64,000 nt of DNA from an uncultured bacterium (GCA_964472075.1 CAYYIY010000002.1:23771-87770); one strand, 5' to 3'. Positions 41,121 to 52,500 are shown, counted from the first letter of the stretch. The notes: generated from the letters alone by a model not told the origin. Numbers and translations: made by a program.

Positions 41121-42266
41121 CTACTCGTCCAACACGTCGAGCAGCCAGTCGGCCGACGCCTCGGCAGATTCACCGTCGGGGCCGGTCCAGGTGCTGTCTC
41201 GAGAAACCTGGTTGCCGTCCTTTCCCCAGGTCACGTCATGCTGCGCGGTTTTCCCGGCGTCGTTTGTCCAGGTTGTCTGTTTCTTCCCGTCGCTCCAGGT
41301 CGTGCTTCCGTCCAATGTCTTCACTTTTCCATCTGGTCCGGTGACCGTGACGTCCTTGTCGACCTGTTTCCCGTCAACGGTGGTCACGGTCTGTACCGTA
41401 GTGGTCTTTCCCTCGGGCCCGGTCCAATGGCCGGTGGTCTGATACTGGTTTCCTTGTTTGGTCGTCGTACGGTCGAGATCGACGGTTTTGCCCTGCTGAT
41501 TTGTCCAGGTTTTGTCGGTATTCCAGGTGTTGCCCTCTCGGACGGTTTGTCCTTTCACATCCACCTGCCCGCCCTGGGGTCCGTTCCATTGGCCGGTCGT
41601 ATTCACGGTGTTGCCGTCGCGTGTCGTCGTCGACTGGTGCGTGACCTGCTTTCCCTGTTCGCCGGTCCAGGTTTTCTGCTCGTTGACGGTGTTGCCGTCT
41701 CGGGTGCGGGTGCCGTTGACCTGCGTTTCATGCCCCTTGGGGCCTGTCCAGGTGCCCTGCTGGTTCCAGGTGGTGCCGTTACGGGTGGTCGTGCCGCCGT
41801 AGGTGCTGGTGTTGCCGGCCGGACCGGTCACCTGTCCCTGGTTGTTCCATTGTTTCCGGCCGCCTCCGAGGGCTTCGAGCCGTTTCGCGATTTCCGGCAG
41901 GTTCTGTTGCAGGGAAGAGCGTGCTTCAGGATTCATGCCCTGAAAGTGGGCTTTCAGTTCGCCGAGCTTCTGCTGAAAAGCCGCCTGATCTCCGCTTTGC
42001 CTGGCCTCTCGCAACGCTTTGAGGCGTTCCTGAAACCCTTGAAACTGCGGGTTCGACTGCTGCATCTGCTGCCAGCGCTCGCGAAAGGCCTGCATCTTCT
42101 CGGCGTTTCCTTCGCCCCATTTGGCTTTCCACTGTTGCATCCGTTCCTGCCAGGTCCCTTGAGCGCCTTCGCCTTGTTGCCGGTTCTGCCGCTTCTCTTT
42201 CATCTTCTCGCGCCAGGTCCCGTCTTCGGCGTTTCCCTGTTGTCGGTTCTGCCACTTTTCCTTCAT
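41121..42266 (-). CDS. Tandem-repeat protein (Q/W-rich coiled region plus about 8 TWTGP-type repeats), downstream part
   Basis: Repeats of ~27 aa occur, for example GTWTGPKGHETQVNGTRTRDGNTVNEQ, KTWTGEQGKQV..., GHWTGPEGK... and VTVTGPDGK.... The N-terminal part has WxEKxQxRQQ repeats. This ORF is in the same frame as 42276..42491 and is separated from it only by a single TGA. Confidence 0.55.
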   Translation of the reverse strand: MKEKWQNRQQGNAEDGTWREKMKEKRQNRQQGEGAQGTWQERMQQWKAKWGEGNAEKMQAFRERWQQMQQSNPQFQGFQERLKALREARQSGDQAAFQQKLGELKAHFQGMNPEARSSLQQNLPEIAKRLEALGGGRKQWNNQGQVTGPAGNTSTYGGTTTRNGTTWNQQGTWTGPKGHETQVNGTRTRDGNTVNEQKTWTGEQGKQVTHQSTTTRDGNTVNTTGQWNGPQGGQVDVKGQTVREGNTWNTDKTWTNQQGKTVDLDRTTTKQGNQYQTTGHWTGPEGKTTTVQTVTTVDGKQVDKDVTVTGPDGKVKTLDGSTTWSDGKKQTTWTNDAGKTAQHDVTWGKDGNQVSRDSTWTGPDGESAEASADWLLDVLDE

Positions 42267-42440
42267 CCTGTCTCGTCAGGTCCCGCCTTCAGCGCTTTCG
42301 GTCTGCTGGTTTTGCCTGCGCTCCTGCAGCTTTTCCTTCCAGGCCGCCTGCCCGGAACCGCTTTGCTGACGGTTCTGCAACCTTTCCTTCCAGGCTCCGC
42401 GGCCGGCATTCTGTGCCGGCAGGTTGGTGATCGTGCCCAG
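41180..42440 (-). repeat. Coding tandem repeats of ~54-81 nt
   Basis: Repeated DNA units such as GGACCTGGCGCGAGAAGATGAAAGAGAAGCGGCAGAACCGGCAACAAGG and GGCC..GGTCCAGGTG.. appear on the complementary strand. They correspond to the peptide repeats. Confidence 0.6.
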
Positions 42441-42491
42441 AATCAGGCTGCATACAATGACGCTCAACAGAAGACAACGGTTCATGATCAA
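42276..42491 (-). CDS. Signal peptide plus first WKE(K/R)LQ repeats, the N-terminal fragment of the same repeat protein
   Basis: MIMNRCLLLSVIVCSLILGTITNLPAQNA is a signal peptide. It is followed by AWKERLQNRQQ and AWKEKLQERRQNQQ repeats that continue beyond the in-frame TGA into 41121..42266. Confidence 0.5.
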   Translation of the reverse strand: MIMNRCLLLSVIVCSLILGTITNLPAQNAGRGAWKERLQNRQQSGSGQAAWKEKLQERRQNQQTESAEGGT

Positions 42492-42758
42492 CCTCCGCGC
42501 ATAGGTATTCCGCTTGGCGAGGACTTGTACGTAGTATAGCCGCTGCCGGCTCGAGAGAAAAGAGCGGCGTTCACTTCATAAGGTCATTTCGTGCTCCATC
42601 GTTTTTCCGTCGGCAACGACGAATCGCTGAGCGATGCCGGCGGGAAAACAGAGTTTCGAGAGAACGAAAATGACCTTGTCATACGCACTGGGACAACGTG
42701 GTCCCTTCGCCCGCCGAGAGAACGCCCCTTTGTCATGCAATTCTCAGAGCGTGCGAGA

Positions 42759-43241
42759 TCAGGAAAACGATTGTTCGAGAAGCTCGAAGAAGGTCTGCAT
42801 GCGGCTGGTGATGCGATCGGCCGCCTCTCGCGCGATGCCGCTGATGCGGACGGTATAGGTGGGAAAGAGCTGATTATCGCTTTCGATACCGACTTGTACG
42901 CCGGCAGGAAGGTTGCGGAACTCGCGAACGAAGACCGGGCGTTCGGTCGACTGCCAGTTTTCGCTCATGTGTTCCAGCGATTCGTAACGAAAGACGAGGT
43001 GAGGAGTGCGTATCTCATAGTGAATCTCGGTCGATGCCATACCAATATTGCGCACCAGACAATGAAACGTGCCGGGGTGATCATCGAGTCCGCCGACGAT
43101 ATCCCATGCGAGAAGCGCCCAGGCAATGCATTGGTCGGTCTCGTCTTTCAGGGTCTCAAACAAGTCTGTGCGCGACTCGACCGCAGCCGGCGAGGGAGAG
43201 GGCAATCGCCGACAACGTACGAATAGATGTGAGCCTGACAC
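42759..43241 (-). CDS. Hypothetical protein, strand assignment uncertain
   Basis: The minus ORF (160 aa) has stronger GC3 bias than the overlapping plus ORF 42591..43226. Neither has recognisable motifs. Confidence 0.3.
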   Translation of the reverse strand: MSGSHLFVRCRRLPSPSPAAVESRTDLFETLKDETDQCIAWALLAWDIVGGLDDHPGTFHCLVRNIGMASTEIHYEIRTPHLVFRYESLEHMSENWQSTERPVFVREFRNLPAGVQVGIESDNQLFPTYTVRISGIAREAADRITSRMQTFFELLEQSFS

Positions 43242-43251
43242 CGCTCTGTGA

Positions 43252-45558
43252 CTAGAACAACGGCTTCAGGAAGCCGAGTTTCGAGCAGAGCTTCACCAGC
43301 CACATCTTCTTTGACTCGATGTTCTCGGGCCCGAATTCAGGGGTGGTCGCCGTCGCTAACCGGTACTCTTTCGACTTCGCCATCGCGGCCATGATGTCAC
43401 GACGCACTTCGCGAGCGAACTCCACCGACTTGATAACGGCCACAACCTCGCTGTTTACCTTCTCGCTGAGAAAATCGAAGTTGTACGTACCGATGATACT
43501 GATCTGTCCGTCGAAGACGAAGTTCTTGGCGTGCAACTGCCCGGCGCTGACGCGAGCGAACATGCGGCAGGTCGGCATGTTCTTGAGCATGGTGCGCCAT
43601 TCACTCATGATGATGCCTTCCGTCGGGAAACTGTCGGAAGTCTCCGGGCTGTTGGTATGGATGTAGATCGGTACACCGCGTCGCGCCGCGCGTTTGAGCG
43701 CCGCTTCAGCACGTGGGGTCAGTACGATGTACGGGTTCTGAATGATGATCTCTTTCTTGCTGCCGTCGATGAAGCGAATGAGCGCTTCGGTGATGTCATT
43801 ACGCGGACCCGAGAGCGAATGCTTGTCGAGAATCTTGACCGGGCAGCGATGGGCGCTGCCGAACGGGTCGAACGTCGGATACCCGATCATGTTCTTATAC
43901 TGAGTGAGCTTGTCGTTGAACTCTTTGAGTTTGTCGGCGATCTCGCGACCGGCTTTGGCCGGATTGAGCAGTGGCCGTCGGTTCAGGGCGGCATTCATCG
44001 TGGTATAGGCGGCATCGAGCAGCCGCAGCTTGCTGTCATGAGATTCATCCTTGCCGACCTCGTAGGCTTTCAGCAGGCTGAACTCTTCGACGAAAGCCCG
44101 GTCGAGTTGCCCGGCGACAGCCTCGCTGTCAATGACGACGTCGCAATCGAGCCAGGCGGCTTTGTCGTCGATCGGGTCGACCAGATACTCGTCGGCGATG
44201 TTGCGTCCGCCGATGATGGCATATCGACCGTCGACCACCACGATCTTGTCATGGTTGCTGGAAACGATGCGGCGGATGTCGGTGAACATCGAGACCAGAT
44301 TGCTCTGAATTGGGTTGTACACCTTGATCTCGACGTTCGGAAAGCGCAGCATGACCCGCAGATAATCTCGCGCCCAGAGCGGGGTTGCGAATTTCGTGGT
44401 GCCGCGCGCGTCGACCATCAGCCTGATCTTAACGCCCTGCCGTGCTTTTTGTACCAGGTGTCCGAGGAACGAATAGCCGAAAATATCGTTTTCAATGATG
44501 AAATACTGAATGTCGATGCTCTCGCGCGCCTCGCTGAGAAACTTCCAGCGGGCATACCAGGCATCATAGTTGTTATACAGCAGTTTTATCGAGGCTTGAT
44601 CATCTGATACCAGCCCGTTGTTATCATTCACCGACTGGTACTCATCGAAAACCTTGTCGACCGGCGGCGCGAACGGAGCACCCATCTCCTCAAACCAGAG
44701 TTGGAAATCGCTTTCCTTGTTCTGCGCGCGAATGAAAGAAACGGATGTGGCGAGATATCTGGTCCAGCGAGCGAGCTTCACCGGCAGGGCCAGCCAGGAA
44801 GTCTCCTTGTACTTCTTGAAGGCCTCGTTCATGGCGGCGGCCTTGTCGTTGACCGACTTCTTCCAGACCAGGCGATCGCCCATGGCGTTGTTGTATTTGA
44901 TGCGCAGTTTCGCATAGATGCCCCAGCGGCCTGAATCCGGGTCGTCCGCGACTTCCTGATACAGTTTATTGGCCAGCGCACGACTGCCGAGAACCTCGTC
45001 ACAGGCTTTCGCCAGCTCATACTTGATGCGACTGCGATCAGGCAGGTTCGGATTGGCGGCCAGATATGCGGTGATCTGTCCGACAATGGCTTCGGCATAC
45101 TGCTGTGAAGGTCGGGCTTTCAGGGCATTCATCAGTTGCTGAATGTTCGCGCTGAACGTGGCGGGGTCGTCGTCTCTAAACCCGGTGGCCGATGATTGGT
45201 TCGGAGAATCAGGGATTCCAAGGGTCGAAGCGGAATCGTCGGACGCTCCGGCGTCGGCCGAAGACAGGTGGGAGCCGGTCGAGGCAAGGGCCGTTCCAGC
45301 CCCCGCGGACGGCAGCGACTGAATATAGGTTTCCTTGGCGACCTGGTAGTCGCGCAGGGCCTTTTCGATCTCGGCGGCGGGTGCCTGGCGTGCGATGGCG
45401 CTCTGATATGCCTGATACGCGCTCGAATACGCCCGAAATGCCTGCGTGGAACTATCTTCCGCCCAGGCGACTGAGAAGATCGAAACGACCATCAGGAGCA
45501 TTGTCAGTAGTCGATTTTTCCGCATCATAAACGCCTCTTTTGCCACAGACTGTCTCAT
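43252..45558 (-). CDS. Phospholipase D-family protein (two HKD motifs) with a signal peptide and a TPR-like N-terminal region
   Basis: HKD motifs are NHDKIVVVDGRYAIIGGRN and LHAKNFVFDGQISIIGTYNFD. The signal peptide is MMRKNRLLTMLLMVVSIFSVAWA. Confidence 0.8.
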   Translation of the reverse strand: MRQSVAKEAFMMRKNRLLTMLLMVVSIFSVAWAEDSSTQAFRAYSSAYQAYQSAIARQAPAAEIEKALRDYQVAKETYIQSLPSAGAGTALASTGSHLSSADAGASDDSASTLGIPDSPNQSSATGFRDDDPATFSANIQQLMNALKARPSQQYAEAIVGQITAYLAANPNLPDRSRIKYELAKACDEVLGSRALANKLYQEVADDPDSGRWGIYAKLRIKYNNAMGDRLVWKKSVNDKAAAMNEAFKKYKETSWLALPVKLARWTRYLATSVSFIRAQNKESDFQLWFEEMGAPFAPPVDKVFDEYQSVNDNNGLVSDDQASIKLLYNNYDAWYARWKFLSEARESIDIQYFIIENDIFGYSFLGHLVQKARQGVKIRLMVDARGTTKFATPLWARDYLRVMLRFPNVEIKVYNPIQSNLVSMFTDIRRIVSSNHDKIVVVDGRYAIIGGRNIADEYLVDPIDDKAAWLDCDVVIDSEAVAGQLDRAFVEEFSLLKAYEVGKDESHDSKLRLLDAAYTTMNAALNRRPLLNPAKAGREIADKLKEFNDKLTQYKNMIGYPTFDPFGSAHRCPVKILDKHSLSGPRNDITEALIRFIDGSKKEIIIQNPYIVLTPRAEAALKRAARRGVPIYIHTNSPETSDSFPTEGIIMSEWRTMLKNMPTCRMFARVSAGQLHAKNFVFDGQISIIGTYNFDFLSEKVNSEVVAVIKSVEFAREVRRDIMAAMAKSKEYRLATATTPEFGPENIESKKMWLVKLCSKLGFLKPLF

Positions 45559-45820
45559 AATTATACTGACGGTACCCCCCTTCCGTCCATGAAACGGGGC
45601 GGATATCTTTGTATCCTGGTGAAGTCAGACGATGAGTTTCCTGTTGTTGAGCCATGCAGGAATTTCTTTCTGACGTGTCGACCAAAACGCTTGTGCGCCG
45701 AGCGGCAGACAGAGAGGCCGTAAAAGGGAACAAACGAGAACGGGAGTGCCGACCAAACGGGAGCGGTGTGGAAATCGCCGTAAAAGGCAGGGTGCGGCGG
45801 CGACTCGAGGTCGAGCGGTT

Positions 45821-46446
45821 CTAGAGCAGCAGCGTTTCGACTTTTCCGGCCAGGCCTTTGCAGAAGGCGTCGGCATCGTTTTTGGTGCCGACGACCGAGC
45901 CGAAGTGCATCGGAATCGCCAGCTTCGGGCGCATGGCGAGAGCGGCCTGCACGGCTTCATCGGCGGTCATCACGTAGGTTCCCGACACCGGCAGCAGCGC
46001 GATATCGGTGCGCAGGGTTTTCATCTCTGGAATAAAATCCGTGTCGCCGGCGTGGTAGAGGCGAATCCCGTCGAGATTGAGAATGTACCCGACCCACGCG
46101 TTCAGTCGCGGATGAAATTTCTTGCCCACATTGTATGAAGGTACGGCCTCGATCTCGATTCCGTGAACCTGCATCTTCATGCCGGGTTTTACCGATCGTA
46201 CATTGCCGCTCAGCTTTCCAAGGCAGTCTTCAGGCGCGACGATAACGGTGCTTTCCTGCTGAATCCTGGCGATATCCTCGGGGGAACAGTGATCGAAATG
46301 CTCATGCGTGATCAGAATGATATCAGCCGGCTTGCCGTCGGTGATTTGATACGGATCGATGTAAATGGTTTTTTCGGCGTCGATTCGAAAACTGTCGTGA
46401 CCAAGCCAGGTGAGGTGTTTGCGGGCAAATTCCTTGAGGTCGGGCA
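45821..46446 (-). CDS. MBL-fold metallo-hydrolase
   Basis: Motifs ILITHEHFDHC (HxHxDH) and HAGDT are present. The start was trimmed to the ATG preceded by GGAGG (MPDLKEF...). Confidence 0.75.
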
Positions 46447-46562
46447 TGAGTCCTCCGGGGAAAAATCGTGTGATACGGCGGCTATTGTAACACCCTTTTG
46501 TCCGAAGGAAAACGTTTACGGGAGTGGCGAACTGATGCGTGTTTGCGATATCCTGACCCATC

Positions 46563-49500
46563 ATGAGTGATGAGCGCCTGCCCTTGATCGAAGCCACCCC
46601 CTCCGCTGACGAACCTGCGGCGGCTTCTCAAACTTGTACAAACGACACAGGTTCTTCCGAGCCTTCAACAGCAGTCGAACCGCCGACGTCAGCTCAGACA
46701 ACATCTCACGTCCCTGCTTCCGCTCTGCCGACGGTCGAACCAGAGCCGGGTTCCGTGCCGGAAGACGCTCGAAAACCGGTTGAGGCCGCTGCCACCAAGG
46801 CTCCACTCGAAATCGAACTGGATCTTGATACGCGCCTAAGCTGGGCGATGGAATGCAACGGGGTTCCGCTGATTCGCCGCCTGACGGTGCGGCATTGCGG
46901 TTCGGACCCGTTCACATCACTCCACGTCGAAATCACCCTGGGAGATCTGGCACGACCATTGTCGCTGAAGATCAGCCGGCTGGAGCCGGGAAACACCTGG
47001 ACGGTCGAAGCGCCGAACCTGATCCTCGCCGGAGGGCGTCTACGCTCTCTCAGCGAACGGGAACGCGCGCATCTGACGGTGCGTTGCCTTGACGGAGAGC
47101 GTGAGTTGACCCAGGTCGAGCACCCGATCGACGTTTTGGCCGGCAACGAATGGGACCGCACGCGATTACCCGAACTTCTCGCGGCGTTCGTCACGCCGAA
47201 CCACCCTTTCATTTCATCGCTCTTGCAGCAGGCGCGTCGAATTCTCGAACGTGAGACCGGTGATGCCGGTTTTCGCGGGTATGCGGGTCGATCGAGAGAG
47301 CCTGTCTATGCGGCGGCGCAGGCTGTCTACGAAGGGCTGGCCGAACTCGATCTGACCTACGTTCCGGCTCCGGTCTCGTTTGAAACGAGCGGGCAAAAGA
47401 TTCGTCTGGTCGACGATCTCGAGCGCCACCGGCTCGGCAACTGTCTCGACGTTTCCCTGGCGGTCGCTGCCGCGCTCGAACTGGCTGGATTGCACCCTGT
47501 TCTGGTGCTGTTACGCGGTCACGTGGTGCCGGGAGTCTGGCTGATCAACGAATGGCTGCCGATCACCGTCAGCGACGATCGCCTGATTGCCGAAAAACTG
47601 GTCAAATGCGGCGATCTGCTGCTGTTCGAGGCGACGGCCGCCCTGCAGAGACCGCTCCCGTCCTTCGAGTCGGCTGTACAGCATGCCGAAGAACTGTTGC
47701 GTTCAGGCGAAGCGTTCGAACTGCTGCTCGACATTCGGGCGGCCCGTCTGGCACGCCTGTTGCCCCTGCCGCTGCGTCGCTCTGATGAAACGGTTTCCAA
47801 TCGCCCGGATGAGAGCGGCACACCGACGCTCGATCACGGAACCTCGCGTTTTGAGAAGACGGCCGATCAATCAGACCCGGCTTTCCGCGTCGCGACCCCG
47901 GCTGCACCTCGCATCGAGTCCTGGAAGGAACGGTTGCTCGACCTTTCCCTGCGCAATCGTCTGCTGCATTATCGTCCGAGTCGTGAAAAGACAATCCCGC
48001 TGTCGGTACAGGATCTCCCGACCCTGGAAGATCGTCTGGCGGACGGCAGATCGTTGACGCTCGAACCATTACCCGAACTGTCCGCCGCTGAACCGCGCGC
48101 GGCGGATCTGGTTGAAGATCGAGGCGGCGATCGACAGTTTGAGACAGAGTGTCGTCGGCTTCTGGAGCATGATCGGTTGCTATGCAGCCTGGACGAATCA
48201 GAACTGCAGCGGCGCTGCCGCGCCATTTTTCGTCAGGCCCGCACCGAGCTGGAAGAGACCGGCAGCAGTACGTTGTTTCTGGCTCTCGGCTTTCTGCGCT
48301 GGTACGAGTCCGAGCAGTCGACCATGCCGCGTCTTGCCCCGATTCTGCTCTACCCTGTCGAAATGATCCGGCCCGTGCTGCGCGGGCGTTATGTCGTGCG
48401 TCTGCGCGATGACGATCCGCGACTGAACGACACGCTGATTGAAAAACTGCGGCGTGAGTTCCAGCTCGACTTTTCGCCGCTGAAGACGCTGCCGCTCGAC
48501 GAATCTGGGATTGATCTGGCGGTGGTATTGAGCCTGCTGCGACAGGTGACGGCGCGCCTGCCCCGTTTCGACGTTCTCGATCAGGCGGTGCTCGGGTTCT
48601 TTTCCTTCACCAAGTTTCTGATGTGGCGCGATCTGACCTCAAACCTCGACGATCTGATGCGCAACGAACTGGTTCGCCACATGGTCGAGGGAAAGGCGAA
48701 CGCGGTGTTCGCCGGGCAGACGTTCACGGATGAAGCACATCTCGATGCCGACTACTCACCCGACCAGCCCCCGATCATCCTCGATGCCGACGGCAGCCAG
48801 CTGACGGCTATCGACGCGGCCTTGCGCGGCCACACGTTTGTGCTGCAGGGCCCGCCGGGTACGGGCAAGTCCCAGACGATCGCGAACATCATCGCGGCAA
48901 GCATGGCGGCAGGGCGACGGGTACTGTTCGTCGCCGAGAAACGCGCGGCACTCGAAGTCGTGGCGAAACGCCTGCGAGCCGTCGGGCTGGGCGATGCCTG
49001 CCTCGAGCTGCATAGCAACCGCGCCAACAAGCGCGAAGTGGCGCTCGAGTTATTCCGCGTTTACCAGATGAGGCCGGAAGCCGCCGTCCCGGATTCGACA
49101 GCTCTGATTCGTGAGCTTTCCACCGATCGCGAGACCCTGAATGCTCATGCGGCTCTCATGAACGGCGCGACGCCGCTGGGACCGACGCACCATGAACTGC
49201 TGGGGCGACTTGTACGAACGACCATCGACGGCGAACCCGGCCTGCTCGGAGTGTCAGCGGATCGCCCCGGAACGATGATTTCACAGGCACTCGATGTCGA
49301 TGCCGGTCTCTGGCGTACCTGGAAGCAGTTGATACGCGAAGCAGCTGACGCGGCTTTCCCGTTTTTCCCTCCGAGTTCGCATGCCCTGCATGCCTGTCGT
49401 GTCACGGAATGGACTCCCGCGCTCGAACAGGAGCGCGAGGCTGAGATGCGAGCATTTCAATCTGCCGCAGAGCTTCTGCGACAGTGCGTCATAAAAGTAC

Positions 49501-52500
49501 AAACAGCGCTGGGGTGTCGTTTCGAGGTGCAGGTGAAACATCTGCGGGTGCTCGACCGTCTGTTGCAGATTCTGGAAACCCCCGTTCGTGACGGGGTGTC
49601 CGGCCTGCTGCAACGTAACGATGTCGAGCAGGTTCTCGAACGTCTCGATCGATTGCTGGCCTGGTCGGTCGAGCGCGAAACACTGTGGAAGAGCCTCGAG
49701 TCTACGTTCCTGCCGACGTTGCTTGACTGCGATCTGCTACGATTGCAACGTGAGATGTTATCGTATCGTGACTCATTCGTCCTCTGGCGCTGGTGGAACC
49801 TGCGCAGCTGCTGGTCCGAACTGGCGGCGGTCTCGCGCGCGCCGTTGCCCGATCTGCCGCAGGTTCTGGCGTGTCTGGCTTCGGCACTGCGTATTCAGGA
49901 GCTGGATCGCAACATGGGCGGCGAAGAAGAGCTGCTGGTCGCCTTGCTCGGCCCGTCTCTGCATCGGCGACTTCCCGATCACACCGAGATCGCGACTCTG
50001 GTTTGTACGGTTCGCGACTGGCGATCGGCTGCCGAACAACTGCCGCTCGACCATCTGGTGATACTGTCTGAGACGACGAGTGCCGCCGAGCGTTGGGCGC
50101 TGCGTCCTGGTGAGTCCGGAACCCTTGCTGCAATATCTGCTCAACAGGCTGGTGAACTACGTCGCGAACTCGGACAAGCGATTCACAGGTTCGGCGAGAG
50201 TTGGGCCGTTGCCGCCGTTGGATGGCGAATTCGAGCCGTCGAGGCGTTTCAGGCGGAAGGCGATGAGCTGGTTCCGGAGCGCATGCTGGCCCAGAGTCGG
50301 GCCTGGCTCGATCAGACACGGAATCTGAGAGACTGGAGCCGGTGGGTGCGTGCGCTTGAAGCTCTCGAACAGCATGGTTTGCTCGGGGTGACCCAGCGGC
50401 TGGCCGCCGGCAGAGTACCGATCGATGTCTGGGAGACAACCTTTGACAACTGGCTGGCGCACGAGCGATACAATGCGCTTTGTGTTCGATATCGCTCTGT
50501 GGCCGAGTTTTCTGGGCGTCGCCATGACCGTGTCGTTGAGCGCTTTCGGGCGAACGATCGTGAACTGCTCGAGCGTCGTCGTCGTGAAATCCGTGCGGCC
50601 CTTGCCGCGCGGCGACCCTCTTTCGGTGCGACGGTCAGCGAGTTTTCCGAAGTCGGGATTCTGCAGAAGGAAGCGCGCCGCAAGCGCGGCCACCTGCCGG
50701 TGCGCCGCCTGCTGGAGCGGATTCCGCATCTGCTCGGTCGACTGAAACCATGTCTGCTGATGAGCCCTCTTTCGATTGCTCAGTATCTGCCGCCCGGAGG
50801 CGAACCGTTCGACCTGGTCATCTTCGATGAAGCCTCGCAGATTGCGGTTCACGACGCGGTCGGCGCCATTGCCCGCGGTCGTCAGGTCATCGTCGTCGGT
50901 GACAGCAGACAGCTGCCCCCGACCTCGTTTTTCCAGGCGGATACCGACACCGGCGTTGAGGATGCCGCCGACCTCGATGCCGAACAGCTGCTGGCCCGCG
51001 ACCTCGAAAGCATTCTCGAGGAAACCGCCGCCGCGCTCGTTCCCAGCCTGATGCTGCGTTGGCACTATCGCAGTCGCGATGAAAGGCTGATTGCCTTCAG
51101 CAATAACCGGTACTATGGGGGCAATCTGCAGACGTTTCCGGCAGCCGTGGGAATGGCGGAATCGGGGGTGCAGCTGGTACCTGTTGCCGGGGTGTTTCAG
51201 CGCGGTACGAGTCGGACAAACCCGGCAGAAGCCATGGCAACGGCACATGCCGTGGTGGAATTCCTGCGTGACGAATCGAAACGTCATCTCTCGCTTGGAG
51301 TGGTCACCTTCAATCAGCCGCAACAGATGCTGATCGAAGATCTCCTGGACGATGCGCGGGCCCGATACCCCGAGATCGAGCCGTATTTCAGCGAACGAGT
51401 GCCTGAGCCGGTGTTCGTTAAAAATCTTGAAAATGTGCAGGGTGATGAACGCGATGTGATGCTGTTTTCCGTGACGTATGGCCCGGACGAATCCGGGAAC
51501 GTGTCGATGAACTTCGGGCCGCTGAATCGAGCGGGAGGCGAAAGACGCCTGAATGTCGCCATCACGCGTGCTCGCCGCAACCTGCTGGTGTTTTCAAGTC
51601 TGAACCCCGAAACGATCGACCTGAATCGTACGGCTGCGGTGGGTGTTCATCATCTGCGGGACTTTCTACGATATGCCGCGGGGCGCGATATCGGCGTCGT
51701 GGTTCCGGTGAATCGGGCCGAAGAGGGCATTCATGGCGATCACCGTGAGAACTTCCTGGCGAGCACGATCGCGAGTTTCCTGCGTGCGCAAGGGTATCGT
51801 GTGAAAGAACGGGTCGGTTGTGCCCGCTACAGGCTTGATCTTGCCGTCTACGACCCGGACAATGGCAGAGTCCTGATGGGTATCGAGACCGACGGAACGG
51901 CTTATGGTGCCCCAGGCCCGGCGAGAGATCGTGAACGGCTGCGAGCCGAAGTGCTGCGGGATCTCGGGTGGCGACTGTGCCGCTGCTATCTGCTGGACTG
52001 GCTCATTCACCCCGAAATCGAACAGGAACGTCTGATCGCGCTTCTGGAAAAAGCGCGACGTGAACCCGCCGACCCACTGCCGCCCGGTATGAATGCCCAT
52101 TGGACACCGGAATCGCCGGAAGGTCCCGCGGAAGATGCGCCGGCGGACATCCCGGCATCCGGTCAGCCTGTCGTTGAGGCTTCGGTCACCGAATCCGGCG
52201 CTTCTGATGCCGTCGTCGAACCTGCGAAGACAGCGAACGGACTGCCGCCCTTTGTCTTTTTCAGCATCGATAAACTCGGCGAACCGGAGGCGTTCACGCG
52301 CAGAGACCAGACGGAACGGCTGAAACAACTGCTGGTGAAGCTTATCGATCTTGAAGGACCGGTTCATGTTGATCGGGTCGGCAAAGTGCTGACTCAGGCA
52401 TACGGTATGACCAGGGTTGGCTCTCGCGCTGCACAGCGGGTCGACGAACTTGTACAAATGCTCTGTGCCGACAACAGGGTGCGAATAGCGGAGGAGTTTC

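Noticed and set aside
41079-42539. 486-aa plus-strand ORF over the repeat-protein locus
   Set aside because: The minus-strand frame carries a signal peptide and a clean periodic repeat architecture. The plus frame is a low-complexity mirror translation of the repeats.
43252-46446. The PLD-family protein and MBL hydrolase as partners of the helicase (Mokosh-like helicase + PLD)
   Set aside because: The PLD protein has a signal peptide and a TPR-like N-terminal region. It looks like a secreted phospholipase or cardiolipin-synthase-like enzyme rather than a cytoplasmic nuclease. Both genes are on the opposite strand. The link is noted only as context in the helicase finding.
46163-46570. 135-aa plus-strand ORF
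   Set aside because: It is antisense to the MBL-fold hydrolase gene.
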